A stretch of 64,000 bases of DNA from Trichosphaerium sp. ATCC 40318 (taxonomy: Eukaryota; Protista; Tubulinea): assembly GCA_038496445.1 (NCBI GenBank), contig JALMLS010000304.1, positions 543,501 to 607,500 of the forward strand. Direction: 5' to 3'. The position numbers and the translations under genes were made by a program. The notes under the pieces were generated by a model. The model was given only the letters and a program-made list of their open reading frames with translations, was not told where the DNA came from and ran no database searches. This document shows positions 1-13,886 of the stretch, one piece after another (the first letter of the stretch is position 1; every line of letters starts with the position of its first letter).

Positions 1-812
1 AGCTATTGAGAGCTATTGTTCTACGCAAACTGGTAAACTATTTATTTGCAAGTGTTGATAGTAACCGAAGTGATTAGGGCGCTAACGGTGACGCTTCTAT
101 TATGGAAGAAGCCAAGAAGAGATTTGTCGCATACATGAAGGATCCAAAGAGCATGAAAGCAGATTTGCGTTCTATCATTCTTCAATTGGTTGGTAAAAAC
201 GCTACACCAGAGGAATACGACCAATTTATTGCTCGATTCAAGGCAGCACGTACGTTATTGCGCAATTATTGACGAGGTGGGCTAACAAGAATGTAGCTAT
301 GCAAGAAGAGAAGCTCCAAAATCTTCGCGCTGGTTGTCTAGCAAAGGATGAAGCACTTATTGTAAAGTCCCTTGATTTGACTTTCAGTGGTGTTGTGAGG
401 TGCGTAATGACTTCTTAAATCACGTAAGCTAACTCATGAACTAGATCACAAGATTTAATTTACATTTACGCTGCTGTTGTTGCTACACACAAAGGACGCG
501 CAATGGCATGGGATTACCTAGCTAAAAACTGGGCTAAATTCACCGAAACTTTGGGTGGCTCTTTCTTGCTTGAGCGTATGGTCTCATACGTATGTGGTGG
601 ATTCCACACTGAAGAAAAAGCAGCAGCCATTGAAGCTTTCTTCAAGGACATTGACACAACAAGAATCGGTACGCCAATTTTTTTTTGTTTGGTTTTTTGC
701 TTACATGTGTATAGCACGTGCCTTGGCACAGAGCTTGGAAGGTATCCGCACTAACGCTAAGTTCGTATCAGCCAACAAGGAAGCTTTTGCTAAATTCACA
801 GCTTCGTATTAA
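1..812 (+). CDS. M1-family (puromycin-sensitive-like) aminopeptidase, C-terminal ERAP1_C region; 5' partial, multi-exon
   Basis: Exons read AWDYLAKNWAKF...GGSFLLERMV...AIEAFF...RALAQSLEGIRTN, typical of the M1 aminopeptidase C-terminus; stop at 812. Confidence 0.8.
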
Positions 813-904
813 GATCCACATAATAAATACAAAAAAATCATTTTGTTGTGCTGTCGCTTAAGTTATTTTTAAAACAGTGTTTAAAATATTATTAAAGTGT
901 CACC

Positions 905-2976
905 ATGCTTCGTGCCTGTCGTTTTTCGGCGTTTAAAACACAATCAAAAACTCTACAAGTCTCAACTGTTGTTAGAGGTACTAGACCCCCTGTTTCGTGT
1001 TCTATCGAACCTGTAGGAAAAAGAAGGCGCCAGAGATTCGTGACACAACCTACCAGGGATTATACCGTCCAATCGCTCTCTACGGCTTCTCGGAGGTACC
1101 TAGAGCAGTGTGGCGTATAGCTTACCCCTTTAGTTCATTTTCATGGGGTTTATCAGCTATCGCAGCTTCTGCGGTAATGGGCGCGTTTTTGCTTTTCTCT
1201 AGCAACGATTGTACGCTTTTTCAAGTGAACCGTTAACGTTTACCTTTTCGTTGTACAGCGGACAATCAAGCTTCGGCTGAGAGTAATGGAGGAGGTTCTA
1301 CAAGCAAGAAAGAAAGATGGAACGCCGAAAAAACTTATCATCATCACATGGGCACTGAAGCGCCTATTTATCGCGTCGTACGCATTTGTTACCTTCTTTT
1401 CTAACCACAAAAAGGTTCTTACTGGAGGACCATGCGGAGGAAAATCTACTGCGCTTGCTCAAGTGGATAAATACTTGTATGTAACACCAAATTGAATGAA
1501 GTACTGACAGTCCGTAGATCTGGTCTTGGATTTAATATTTTTGCTGTCCCTGAAGCAGCAACCATTCTATTCAAAGGAGGCGCGAAGGTAGGCTGTTGTT
1601 CTATTAGCGTACACTGTTACAACATAATAAACGAGCTAGGTTGACTTTTCAGACAGTGAACAACTTTCAATGTTCCAAACCCAACTATTAAGAACGCAAA
1701 TGGGACTAGAAGATCGGTTCTATGCGCTTGCCAAAATGACTGGACAGCCAAGTGTTATTATTTGTGATAGAGGAGTTATGGATAGCTCTGGTAAGCCCGT
1801 GATCTGGCCCATATTTTGTTAACAAGAATGTCTAGCTTACATGCCCGACAACCTATGGCTACACGTTCTTGATGATAACGATTGGACTGTCGTCGCTCTA
1901 CGCGACAAGAGGTATTTGTTTATTCATTGACAATCTATTTAATGCTTGAGGTAGATACGATGCTGTTATCCATTTGGTTACTGCTGCAGATGGTGCAGAG
2001 AAGTTTTACACAACAGCTAATAATTCAGTGCGTTGAATTGTAACTGAAGCTCTTTTAATGAACTAGGTGCGAACTGAAACACCAGAACAAGCTAGAGCTT
2101 TAGATAGGAAACTACGCCAAGCATGGATTGGGCATTCTAATTTGACTGTAGCCGATAATAGAACTGACTTTGCTGGTACAAAGTGAAAGATTATTGTGAG
2201 TTAACAATATTGTAGACAAGATGCAGAGTGTTGTGTCAAGTATATGTCAGATTATTGGTGCTCCACTCCCTGTTAGTGATGATAAGCAGCGTAGGTTCCT
2301 CATTAAAGAACTACCAAAGAGTGCGTTCCGCTTGTTAGGTATGTATGTTTCTCACTTGATTTAGACGCGCCTGTTAAAATGCAAAAGTTTGAAATTGGTA
2401 CACACTTAAACTCTTGGATACACAGCAGTTTATTGTTTCTTAGAGCAAAGGTACCTTCGATCCCCTGGTGGTAATGAAGCACGTATTATGCAGAGAAAGC
2501 AAAAAGGCAACGCAACGTACAGCTACTCAGTTAAAACAAACGAAGGAAATGAAAAAGTTATTATTGAAAGACACATAAGGTATTTCTTACAACTCAAAGC
2601 TCCAGGTGAAACCTTACTTTTAATAGTGGCAGAGAGTACTCAGCTTTATGTGAGCAAGCTGATCCTAACAGAACTACGATCAAAAAGAAAGAGTACTGTT
2701 TCTTATGGGAGAACGAGGCTTATACATTGAACGTTTACTTGGTAAGTCTTTGCAACTTGGTTACTAGATCTAAGTATTGTAGGAACCAAAGCAATTTATT
2801 GTTTTGGAAGAGAACAGCTTAGGTACAAAAGACCTACCTTCTTTCTTTGATGTTGGTAAGTGCAGCGATTTGGAGTTATCAGTTTACTTACAAGGGTTTT
2901 TTTTGTAGATAAAGAAGTTACAGATGATATCACATACACTGGATACTACATGGCTAACATGTCGGACAAGAACTAG
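905..2976 (+). CDS. TTD14/NadR-type P-loop (AAA_28) protein with C-terminal CYTH-like domain; multi-exon
   Basis: Spliced YRVVLTGGPCGGKST, VPEAAT, ICDRGVMD, YDAVIHLVTAADGAEKFY, WIGH; Arg-rich N-terminus followed by a hydrophobic segment. Confidence 0.8.
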
Positions 2977-3055
2977 ATATACCACGTCCCAATATGGCTC
3001 TGAGAATTACAAACAGAAGAGAATTGCTCAAAAAAATAGTATAAGTAAAGACGGT

Positions 3056-4740
3056 TTATTTCTTAGCTTTTCTTCTCAGTTCTGTTGATGAAATGTCAAG
3101 CCTGAAATTATCTTCTGGTATAGCAGAAAACATTGCCTTGGCATACTCTGGGAATGTTATATCGTCACAAGTCTTGTATGATCCTAACACTAAATTAGAT
3201 ATTTCTCTGAGTTTGCAACACCACTTACCATCAACTGCACGTCCTGCCACAAGGAAAGAACAACCCTTACTTGCAAGGTCAAGTAATGCGTGCTCCATTT
3301 CGGAATCACTGTTGTTGTAGTATTTATTTTGAATAATTCGAATAGCCTAAACAATGCTGTCACTTTGACGCTGAAGTAAAAGTAGTATGCTTACTGTATC
3401 ATAACCAACTACAAAATTTGTATTCGGCATTTGCATGGCTTTCATTGCATACGTGGGTGCGTTTGTCACTACAATGGACTTCCCTTTTAACAGCATTACT
3501 TCACTTCTGTTATTTTTAGTAAGTACCTGCAAACTGTGCTAGCCGTGTAAGGATATTATCAACATCTACTGAACCTTTTGCAGCGTTCTTAGCAGTAAAC
3601 TCGAATGCTGATGGATAGTTTGTGGCTGCTTGAGCAGCTTCCAAAAGTTGCTTATGTCCGTCGTGAAGAGGATTAAAAGAGCCTATTGTAACTTATTTTA
3701 TTGGGTTTTGTTTTAAAAGTCTACCTGGAAGTATCACGTGTGGTGTACTTAATTTAGTTTCTTCTAGAGTACCAACATCTCCGTTAGCGTCAATCTATGA
3801 TCATTGTTAGTTGAGGGCATTCTGAAGAGTTTGTAGCAAACCATAAACGAAGGGCCACCAGCAAGTAACTGCTCCACATATTTTCTGTACGATATCTCGT
3901 TTTTTTCTAACTCTTTGCAATCTACAGGTAATCGAAGAGACTTATCAATACCGCACTCTTTAGCTATGGTATTTAAGATCATGTGGCTACAACCAAGTCA
4001 GCAGTGACGATCAAAGAAGAACAGCAACCTCACAACTTGTTCTTCGGCCTTTCTGTCACCTGCACCTTTCTCAATACCAATGTAATATGTAGTCAAACCT
4101 TCAAGAGACTACAAAAACGCATAAACATCGAGTTGCACGTGATAGCTTGAAGTACCCTTGCGGAGATACAAGCTCTATGTTCACCCTTTTTAGTTTTTGT
4201 TGTAACTACGGCAGCAGTACACGAAATACCCAACAGATCTCTGTGTACATCTACATCACAATTAAACACTTTTTTTTGTGGGTTAACGGTTGGAACCTGT
4301 GCTAGAGAGTTCACGTGCGCGCAAAAGAGCTCTGAGAGGGGCGTTAAAAATATGTAGAGTAAAATTAGTATGTTTTACCTCCCAGCCATCCTTTGGGCTG
4401 TTGATGTTGATACATGTTGAAATTTAGTATTGTGGGTCTTTTTAAGCTGAAGTTGCAGGGTTTTAGTGTTTTCGTTAACGTATTGTTTTAGGGCGTCTAT
4501 TTTGCTATCAAAACGCGATATAAAAGGTGTCTAACCTTTACTGTATGGCACTACACCTTCTAGTAATGTATTGGAGCATCCTAATACAAGTAAGCCATGG
4601 CTTGCGTCTGGAAGCGTACCTGGTACGGTTTGAAGCTCCATTAGTGATTGTGTACCCGCTCCAGTAACTGCTAGCACCAATTGCTTATTAGACGCATGAA
4701 TTGCGCTTACAAGCCTTGCCATAATATCCTCCGTATTCAT
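3056..4740 (-). CDS. CinA-C-like plus nucleotidyltransferase (NMNAT/NadD-like, HxGH) protein
   Basis: N-terminal VLAVTGAG...LEGVVPYS and GISCTAA...KKGEHR; C-terminal PGSFNPLHDGH, FVVGYDT, FLVAGR, RLDISSTELR. Confidence 0.8.
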
Positions 4741-4994
4741 ATGCCTCGCTGGTACGATAGGCTAACAATTAACGTGATGCTCAGTGTCTGACGTCTTTAC
4801 AAGCAAAAAAAGTCATGTACAGTCTTTTGTGAGGTTTCGCTTCAGTGTAGTCTGAATTCACAAGTAGATTTCTCGAATCTTCTGTAATTCTTGAATAGAG
4901 GTTGCACGTGGCAAAGTTAATCGTAACAAACTTAGGAACTAAGGTGATAGTTTTATTTACATCTCATCAACATCGTTTTTGTTTAGCTTAGAAC

Positions 4995-7239
4995 TCAAGC
5001 GTCACGCGTTCTATTTGGGTTGCTGTGGTAGTTGTAACATGTCCAAAGGGTCACTAAAAATATACCCACGTGAATAAGAGCATATTTGAGAAAGAATTAA
5101 TCGTACCAACGAAAATACACAAATCAAACACTACGCAAACACTGACAACAAACCAGAAAGCTGCACCACCAAGTATTTCGCATTTAGTTTCTCCTTCATC
5201 TGATGTGAGCCAACTACAAGATTTACACACGTTTCCATTTTGATAGGATCCTATGACATTGTTTAACGATGGAGAAATATAGCAGGAGCAGGTACCTGCT
5301 TTACATGGTGTACAATAAATTGATGTTAAATCAACAATTGACCCTTCTGTACATTTATGGCATTCTGCTTTTCCTGAATGCATTTGATACATACCGCCAG
5401 GGCAAGGATCACAGTTAGGAGCTCCGCTTAATCTCAGGTTAGACAAACATAGGTAAAAAACACTGACTTACGCTTTAGCCGAATAAGTACCGGGATCACA
5501 AGGAGAGCAAAACGAGCCAATAAAAGGGTTGGCATACCCTTACAGAAATTAAACAATGAACACATCTCAGTGTTGGGTGCATACCTCTAGGACATGGATA
5601 ACAATTGTCTTTTCCGCTAGTACTACTGTATCCTGCTGGACAGTTCGCAGGACCCAGGAAGCCTTTTAGAATGAACTCGCCAAATGTTGCATACGCTGTT
5701 TAACCAAATGTTAGTCGTAATTATTTGTTGGAGCATACGTGTTGGATGTATTATAACCCTCTCCAACGTGGTATTCAAGTAATGCAAGTCTTGATAATGT
5801 ATACCACCCATATTTTCAACAAAAAAGGGAGCAGGTGCATACTATTCAATTATGAGTTGAAATTCGAAACGTTTACAGCAAGACAACAGGACGTACATGA
5901 GCGCTTGTATTGTGAGGTGCTTCAAACTTGCTATCTTCTATAGTTATATGTACTGGCTCTCTTTTTTCGGGTAGTTTGATGCGACCAACCATACCAACTG
6001 ATAAATATTGTGCGACACTTTTTACCAATGTCAACATTGTGGAAACAAAAAACTGTCGAACGTGCGTTGAGTGGAAGTTTGAGTGTGATATGGTTACTGA
6101 TGGTTCTACTTCTTCTGTAGAGAGCAATTCTATATCAAAGAATCTTCTTTTCGTGCCGCTGTTTACAAATTTGGCAGTTGCTTGAGAAACAGACAGCGTA
6201 GAGCCTGCAAATGAGAACCCGGCATCAAAAAATTTGCAATTCTTCACCTCCATTGTATCAACTACATATTTTAGATAAATTTCACGTGATCGCGTTAATT
6301 ATGTACCATTAAATGATGCAACACTACTCTGAACTAGACAATAACTTAGAGAAGCAGTTTTCCCATTTTTTGCAATAACATTAGAATTATTGAACATGGT
6401 TTCACTTATTTGAATTTTGCCTGTCACATTATGTCCAATTTGTACTAGCATATCAGTTAGTTTACAAACAAGGTAATGAAGCAGCGCTAGAATGAAAAAA
6501 AACGGGGAACTCAAACGCACACGCTGGACCAGTGTCAAAGCTACATCGATTCAATGTAAGTGTAAGAGGAGACTGGGAATCACGTGCAAAGAAGTTGACA
6601 CGTATAGCCAAATCTAGGTCCGTATTAGAAGATACAATAAGGTGATACTATCGTGCCATTAAGGATAATTTTGGCAGCATTTGCCGGACAAACGGAAATA
6701 TCCTAAACAAAGGTTGGCACATTAAAAATTTACTGCAATCAGTAGTAGAGAACGCACTTTAATTGCTGAGAAGGTTGGATGGCTAGTAGATGAGTTTCGT
6801 ATGCCTTGTATTGTTACTGTTGTTTCAGTCGTTAGGCACAAAGGCAAAGTTTCGTTTTGGTTTGTGTAGCTTCCACCTAATGCGTTATGGTAGTTCGTAG
6901 ATGGTATACTAAGCGTACTTTGCAAACAAATAGTGAAAGTACCACCATTGGTTGGAATTTTACTAAAAGCGTGGTTTAAGGTTTCCCAAGGCGACTTCAC
7001 TGTTCCAGCACCCTACAGAGACATACGTTTATCCATTCATTGTCGAAAAAAACTGAAAATGCGTTACGTACCTTGGTATCACTCCCTTTAGGCGCAATAT
7101 ACCAATTGCATGCGTCAGCAGCGATGGTGCGATAGGGTATTTTATTACCGGTCACCAATACGTCAGTACTCGCTGCTATCACTGCTAAGTACGCTAATAT
7201 CACAAAACCTACACGCGCAAATGTCACAGTTGCGGCCAT
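4995..7239 (-). CDS. Type I membrane protein: signal peptide, pectin-lyase-like/DUF1565-type N-terminus, Cys-rich ephrin-receptor-like repeats, C-terminal TM helix
   Basis: Signal peptide; WYIAPKGSD...SPWETLNHA; CxPCxxG repeats (CDPCPGGMYQ, CTPCKAG); hydrophobic FWFVVSVCVVF; short tail. Confidence 0.6.
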
Positions 7240-7525
7240 GAAACAAAATCGAAGCCTTTACAACAATAAACACCAACAAGTGGAAAAATACAGTCTGAAG
7301 ATTAGGACGACTTTTTTTGCGTCAATTTTGTTCGATTATTTGAAAACTCAACACTCTACGAAATAGGACCGAGCTAGCTTGTATGACAACATAGTATTCG
7401 CGAAGTCGGGTTCTCGAGAAGTGTAAGCGAAGCTCGCAAAATGTTAGCACGTGCTACATTCTTGTTTATCACGTGTTTTTTCAAAAGGAACAAATATCGA
7501 AAAAATACAGGTTTATGTAACTAGT

Positions 7526-8180
7526 TTATTGCTCAATAGCTGATACTCCTTTGTTTTCAATGGAGAAATTGTACTTGATACACAAAATCAAGTGCTTGTC
7601 TTGATCGTAGGCAGTAAATTGTCCAGAGTATCCATCAGACTAATTCGTGTTAATGAAAGCGTTCAAGATAGTATTTCGTACAGTAATTGCGAAAGAAGGG
7701 ATCTCAACAGTCAAAGCAGTGGTGTGAGGGCCAACTGGGCATGGGCAAGGACAGTCAGGGATGATTGGAGGGTTACAGATACTTCCTAGGGGAAAGGGAG
7801 TCAAAAAACAATGTCGAAAAGGAACAGGACAACATACCAGTGAACTTTTTTACTGGTAGGCCATCAAGGTATACAGTGGTGTCCCAGTCGCCTGTGTTGG
7901 TGGTTAGGAAAAAGTACATTTTACATGTAAAATTCTGAGCGTACCGTTCGAGTATGTTTTGTTCTCCATGCCGTGTGCGTGTACAGTAACAGCCTTTCCA
8001 GCAATAGCTGGGTCTAACAATAGTTTTAAAATACAGTTTTTGTTAAAACAACGTACAAGGAGTCATTGTAACTTGGCTTACATCAAAAGTAGCGCCAGAG
8101 TCGCATTTTGTCCAGGACAATGGCTTGGCACAGAAAGCTACAGCGAAAACAAGTGCGAGAGCGAGGAGAAGCTTCATCAT
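7526..8180 (-). CDS. ML-domain (MD-2/NPC2-like) secreted lipid-transfer protein
   Basis: MKLLLALALVFAVAFCA signal, WTKC...VTMTPDPAIAG; spaced Cys; roughly 150 aa. Confidence 0.8.
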
Positions 8181-8885
8181 GATAAAAAAGTTAAGTATTA
8201 TGGTTTTTGGGTCAAGAACGCGATTGTGCACGTTTTTAGAAAAGTCGACTTACCTTTGGTGGTTTTCGTAGTAGCGGTGGCAGTATATTTAGCAAGGAAA
8301 ATAAGGGAGATTGTTTTGGAACTACACAGAAACGCTCATTTCACAAAACGGTGAAAAAGATTGGGTTTTGAGTTTTTCCCGCACTCACAAAAGATTTTTA
8401 TCGCTGTTAACAGTGATGTTACGCTGCCCTATGAACTCGCGTGAACCCACCAGTCGCAGAATGATAGTTTTGCAGTATGTCAATATAAAGTGGAGAAAAT
8501 AGGCCCACAAGTGAGTTTAGCTCAATTCTACGCCAACTACACTATGTTGGCGTAATATAGTTGTTTACTACCCAAAAACCTTTTTGCTAGTCTCTAACAC
8601 GTTAATCACGTGTTAAAGTTATTATAAACGTGCGATATAGTTGGCCTAGTCAAGCTTTTAAAAAACGTTCTAAATTCAAAATATTGGTGGTAGAGTGACA
8701 TAATCACAGCAGAAGTCGCCAGTGTGAACTGTTATTCGTTCCCTACAACGTTCTTAGTGCTTCTTACGAACGGAAAATTCACATCCGCTTTTTAAAGCTT
8801 CAAGATAAACAGTCTAATACTTAGTGTAATAATAATTGCATTTTTGAACCTTTTGGTTTTCAAGTTTATTGACGTTCAGAGCAGT

Positions 8886-10630
8886 CTAAATAGAATTGTC
8901 TCTATATTTTTCTATTTGCTTTACCGCAAGCGGGTACACTGTTTCGTGCGCTGTATATCCTAACGTAAAGTCCATGTGGCCAAAAGACTACCAAAGAAGT
9001 AAAGAAGTAGAAAACAAGAAATTCTTACCGGTTCATTGTGAACATATGGTTCTACAGGTAAACGAGATAGAAGCGTTTGAACATCCTTTGGATCAGCTAT
9101 AATGTATTAGAGCTCGAAGAAAGTCGCCTACAATAGTACCCAAACCATCCAAAGTACCCGTAAACATCGCAACAGGTAAGTCTCTACAAAAACTGTAAGT
9201 TTCTTTTTCACTATGTATTTGATGGAGTACCTTGGAAATTTCGACAAGTCGTAAATAGGTGGTACTAGTTGACCATACACTATCAAGTTCTTGACTGAGC
9301 CATAATCATACATTTCAAAAGCGTTAGAGAAAACACCTTGTGCCCTAAAGAGAGTTTTAAAGAGAATGTAGACAAATATCTTACCAGTGGATGAGGTTTT
9401 TTGTGGATGTGGGTGCAGGCTCGAACTTTGTGTAAAACGGAATCTGAGATCTGTTTTTGTACGTGAAATCGCCGCTGAGTGCGACAAACAAGAATTCACA
9501 TGCACTAACTCAGCGATTTAGTAGAAGAAAAAGTATTGAAACAAGTTTGAAGGTTTCTGTAAACTAACATACGGGGGATTTATAGTGCATAAGTTAGGTA
9601 TAAGTGCCTTCAATAGAGTGGGGACGTTTACTTGACGGACGCTTAAGATAAAGGCATTAGATTGACAATTTACTTCAATAACTTTTTTTCAAAAAGTGAC
9701 AAGTTTACCCTAACAGTTGAAGAAGCGGTCCCAAGTCAATGGCAGCAAGCAATCTATAGATTTGTACTGTAATATGTGTAACCCAAGCTACAGGAGCGAA
9801 GCAGATAAACACGGATACCATTTTGGCTGTCGAAGGCTCCAAGAAGCCCGAAAAAGCCTGTACAGTGCCCTAGAAGAACAGCCATTAGTAAAGAAAAAAA
9901 AAGTTCGCATTGTGCCTGTGAGTGACCCATGTATGGTATCTTTTTCTGACCTGTTGCTCTTGTAACATACAGCAACTGGGCAGGCAAATCATATTTTGCC
10001 ATGTCATCCCAACTACATACGAAGTAAGAGAGGAAATTCAACTTTAGTTTTCCACCTGAAATCCCAAAACTTGTCATCCTTGGGCGTGTATTTCACATGC
10101 TCCATGCTGATGCCATTACCGCGACTGTTACCCAACCTATGATAGAAAAATAGAGTTATTCTTCCGCTACATAGTGTCGGGGAACAATTACCAAACGTCA
10201 TAGCCAAGATCGGCCAAGTAAAATGCCAAACCTTCAGGAGGAGGGTTTGCTACAGCCGCAAACCTAATAAGAGCGTAATCACGTGATTGGTTTTCGAAAA
10301 AAGAAAAAGCCGTGCGATGAATCAAACAAGCCGTGTTGAAATAGTACAGCTCCTTTTGTAGCATTGACAGACCTCCCATGAGGAATACGCTTTTAGACAA
10401 AGTAAACTACTAATATTGGCCGTGTATTTGGTTACGTACGTTCATAGTGAGTATATATCCATCGTCTGTGGTAACTTTATGCTCTTCTGCCGGCTATTGA
10501 TATTATTGTCAATTAACAGTCATAGCGCACGTACGTAGCCTTGATATTTAATTATTTCCGTTACACTTTTGCCATTTTGAGCGTATACAACGTACAGAGC
10601 TACAAGTAAAACAAATGTACAAGCTTTCAT
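8886..10630 (-). CDS. Acid (lysosomal/gastric-type) lipase, alpha/beta hydrolase
   Basis: Signal peptide; QHGLFDSS, LAFYLADLGYDVWLGNSRGN, FWDFSWDDMAKYDLP, nucleophile motif GHSQG (split by an intron), MYDYG. Confidence 0.92.
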
Positions 10631-11287
10631 GACAGTTCAAAAAAAGTTAAAACTGGCCTTAAGTAACACAGCATTCTAAGCAAATCTTAGTTATTAACTT
10701 CCATGTAGCAATGCCTCCAGAGGTGTTGTACCCATTACCACGCCTGTTCCTTCACCTTTGAGACAGTTGCAATCTTGCGATGTTGTGAAATTAATAAAAA
10801 CTAACAACTCTACAAAAAGCACTTTATTTTTTACATGTCTTTTTGAAAAGAATCACGTTCCGTTAGATGCGTGTACATTAGGGAATACCTTTGGAGCAAT
10901 TATCTCAATGACGAACGCACCAAGTAAGTCAAATCTAACTGAGGTTAGCACAAAATTGTTAGGTTGCACAGAATAGTACATTCCAACGAACATGTCTACG
11001 GCAGAGAGTTCACCAAGCAAGTATTGCCCTCAGGCCAAAGCCTTCTATAGTACTGGCCACTGGTAGATGCCCATTTTTTTGAATACTTCTCAACAAGGCT
11101 TGATTTGACTGCTTTGATTCCGTCTACCTCATATGGCAAAAATCGCCAACATTTGCAGGCTAACAAAACACTGACAAATCACTGTTGATGCATTCTATGT
11201 AACTTGGATTGATGCATTGATCTCCCAATATTGTTTTCACAGAAAACGACAGCGTATCTTCAAAATAGCTAATTTATTTGAGTACAC

Positions 11288-12053
11288 CTAAGCATCAATC
11301 CATTGCTTGATAGGCGCTAGAGAAATAACAGCATTGTACATCTTGCTGAGACGAGGTACAGGTTTGAGGTCGAGAGAATCAGGTACGGTCAAAGACACAT
11401 CTCTTATCATTGACGCGACCAGAACATCGGCGAATGAAACATCCTTGCCTGCATAACAGTTAACAACACTGAACAAGAACGAATAATATTGTTCCTGAGA
11501 AGTAATCACCCTCAGTTTGACCCAAGATAGTATCGAAAGCTTTCAGTTGAGTTTTTTGATACTCAGCAAACTTTTTCTTATCTCCACCTGCCAATACAAC
11601 AGGTACCCAAGCATCACGGTAAGAAACGTACGCAGACGCGGCTCTATCAGTGTGATAGTCCTTAATGTCATCAACGCCGTATTTACCCAGTTTTTTTGCC
11701 AAGTATCTAATCATTGGTACGTGCTCGCACATGTTAAGACCTGGTTACTTGGTTAGGTGTATACAAACGAGCAATCCCCTTACCGTTTAGGTGCAAGATT
11801 GGGACACCACCAAAAGGATTTGCTCCGCTGCTAATAATCTCTTCTTTTTTAGAGCCCCAAGCGCCTGGGAAGTCAATAATCTCTTCAGTAAACTTGATAC
11901 CGTTTAATAACATGTAGAATCTAAACAGTGTTGTTAGCTGATTGTGTAGTTGTAGATAGCATACCTGACTGGACCACCGCGTCCGCCTAGTTTCCCCAGT
12001 TGAATGTAAGTGAGTTTAGGAGTACATCCGATTTTATCGTTTGCTGTTGTCAT
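11288..12053 (-). CDS. Glutathione S-transferase
   Basis: KLTY...GRGGPVR, NPFGGVPIL, IRYLAKKLG, GDYFSG..VSFADV. Confidence 0.85.
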
Positions 12054-12593
12054 TGTTGTTGTAGTTTTTGATTTTGATTGTTTAATGACCCACAAAGATA
12101 GTCATTCGATTCTCCATTTAGAAATCATTCCGCGGTAAACCATTATTGTGTACTAACACGTAATACGAATAATCATGGTATGGTAAGCACTATAGTTATT
12201 ATTTTAGTTTGGGTTGGTGGTATTTGGATTCTCCTCGGGTCGCTTTCCTAATTTAGAAGTTGACCCTCGTGATTTTTCAAAAATGGGTACGCACCCATTA
12301 CGTGTAATCTTACGTGTAACAAGTTGCCATATGTTGCTCAACAAAGCCATTAATGCATTAAAAGGAATATATATGACGCTGCTTAGTTTGTTGTGATTGT
12401 TGGGTTGTATCTTTTTCTTCTATTCTTGCAAGTTTACTGGCTAAACCGTCACCTGATTCTCGAATCTCGTTACCTTTGACACCACCGTAATTCGCTACGG
12501 TAGGACTATTTCAATTGTCTTCACAGCAAGCTCGCCTTAATTAGCTAGAATAAGTACGAATTTGTCACATATTGTCGTGTAAACAGCATTATT

Positions 12594-13886
12594 ATGGCCG
12601 ACGTCACTAAAAATGAGCGCACCTTTGGTGACAGAGCTAAATCCTTTGCCTCCGATGTGTTAATGGGCGGTGTAAGCGCTGCGACGAGTAAAACACTTGT
12701 AGCGCCGATTGAACGCGTAAAGCTACTTCTACAGACACGTCCGGGGCAATATAAAGGTATTAGAGACTGTGTATCCAAAACATATCACAAGGACGGTTTT
12801 TGGCAGTTCTGGCGCGGAAACGGGACTAACGTTGGACGTTACTTCCCTACACAAGCGTTAAATTTTGGATTCAAAGATATCTATCGCGGTATTGCTTACC
12901 AAGGCAAAGATCCCAGCGAATTTGGATACTATGAACTGGTAAGCGAACATGACACTACAATTTTCATCAAACTGTTCCCAACACCCAAGTTGTAGTCTCA
13001 TCCTTGTTTCTACGCTTAAAAACACTTTGCAGGCTGCTCGGAATATGGCTGTGGGAGGTATGGCTGGATTTACGTCTGCGTGCTGTTGTTACCCTCTGGA
13101 TCTCGCCAGAACAAGACTTGCAGCAGATACTGGTACGTGTCCACGTGTTTTACCTCACGACCAAGAGAGCAAACCACGTACAAATTAGTTGTAAGGTTCT
13201 CACTTTTTACACTTATAAACTTTCTACTTTTGTAGAAATTTCGCCAACCTTTTGCCAAAACGTAAAAGTATCTTAGGCACAGTAAAACAATTCCAAGGCT
13301 TCTTTGATGTACTCCGAAAAACTGGTCAAGAAGGCGGTAAGTAAAACGCATGCTCTAAAGAACGTGCAATGTTTGCCCTTTAGAGTACATGCTAATAATG
13401 CTCAAAAGGGTTTCGAGCATACTATAGAGGCTTTGGTATTTCTATTCTAGGCATTGTTCCTTATAGGGCATTGTACTTTGGAGGTTACGATACTATAAAG
13501 TCAATAGTCATTACAGAACCAGAGCACAATAATTTTTGGCGCAAATGGGCTATCAGTCAGACAACTACTGTTATAGCACAATATGTTGTCTATCCTGTGG
13601 ATACAATACGAAGGAACCAAATGACTCATGGACATAAACTAGAGTTTAGTTCAAGGTTCTTCAGCATCATAGACATTTAGCATAAACTAATGTGATGTAG
13701 TTACCGTACAATGAAAACGCTAGTAGCACGGAAAGGTATGATGGGGTTGTATCAAGGAGGTACGGGATGTTACTTTAAGTTAAATGCTGATGTATTTGTT
13801 AAGCGTTGGCAAACACCTTTAGAGCAACTGGTGGAGCATTGACAATTGTGTTTTATGATGAGTTAAAACAGTTTACTGGTCTCTAA
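12594..13886 (+). CDS. ADP/ATP carrier-like mitochondrial carrier (SLC25, ANT/AAC clade), divergent
   Basis: [79 protein letters not shown]. Confidence 0.9.

Noticed and set aside
10700-11230. Possible GST-like remnant on the minus strand (GQYLLGELSAVDMFVG) with splice-like signals
   Set aside because: Needs a frameshift and the similarity is too short to call a gene or pseudogene.
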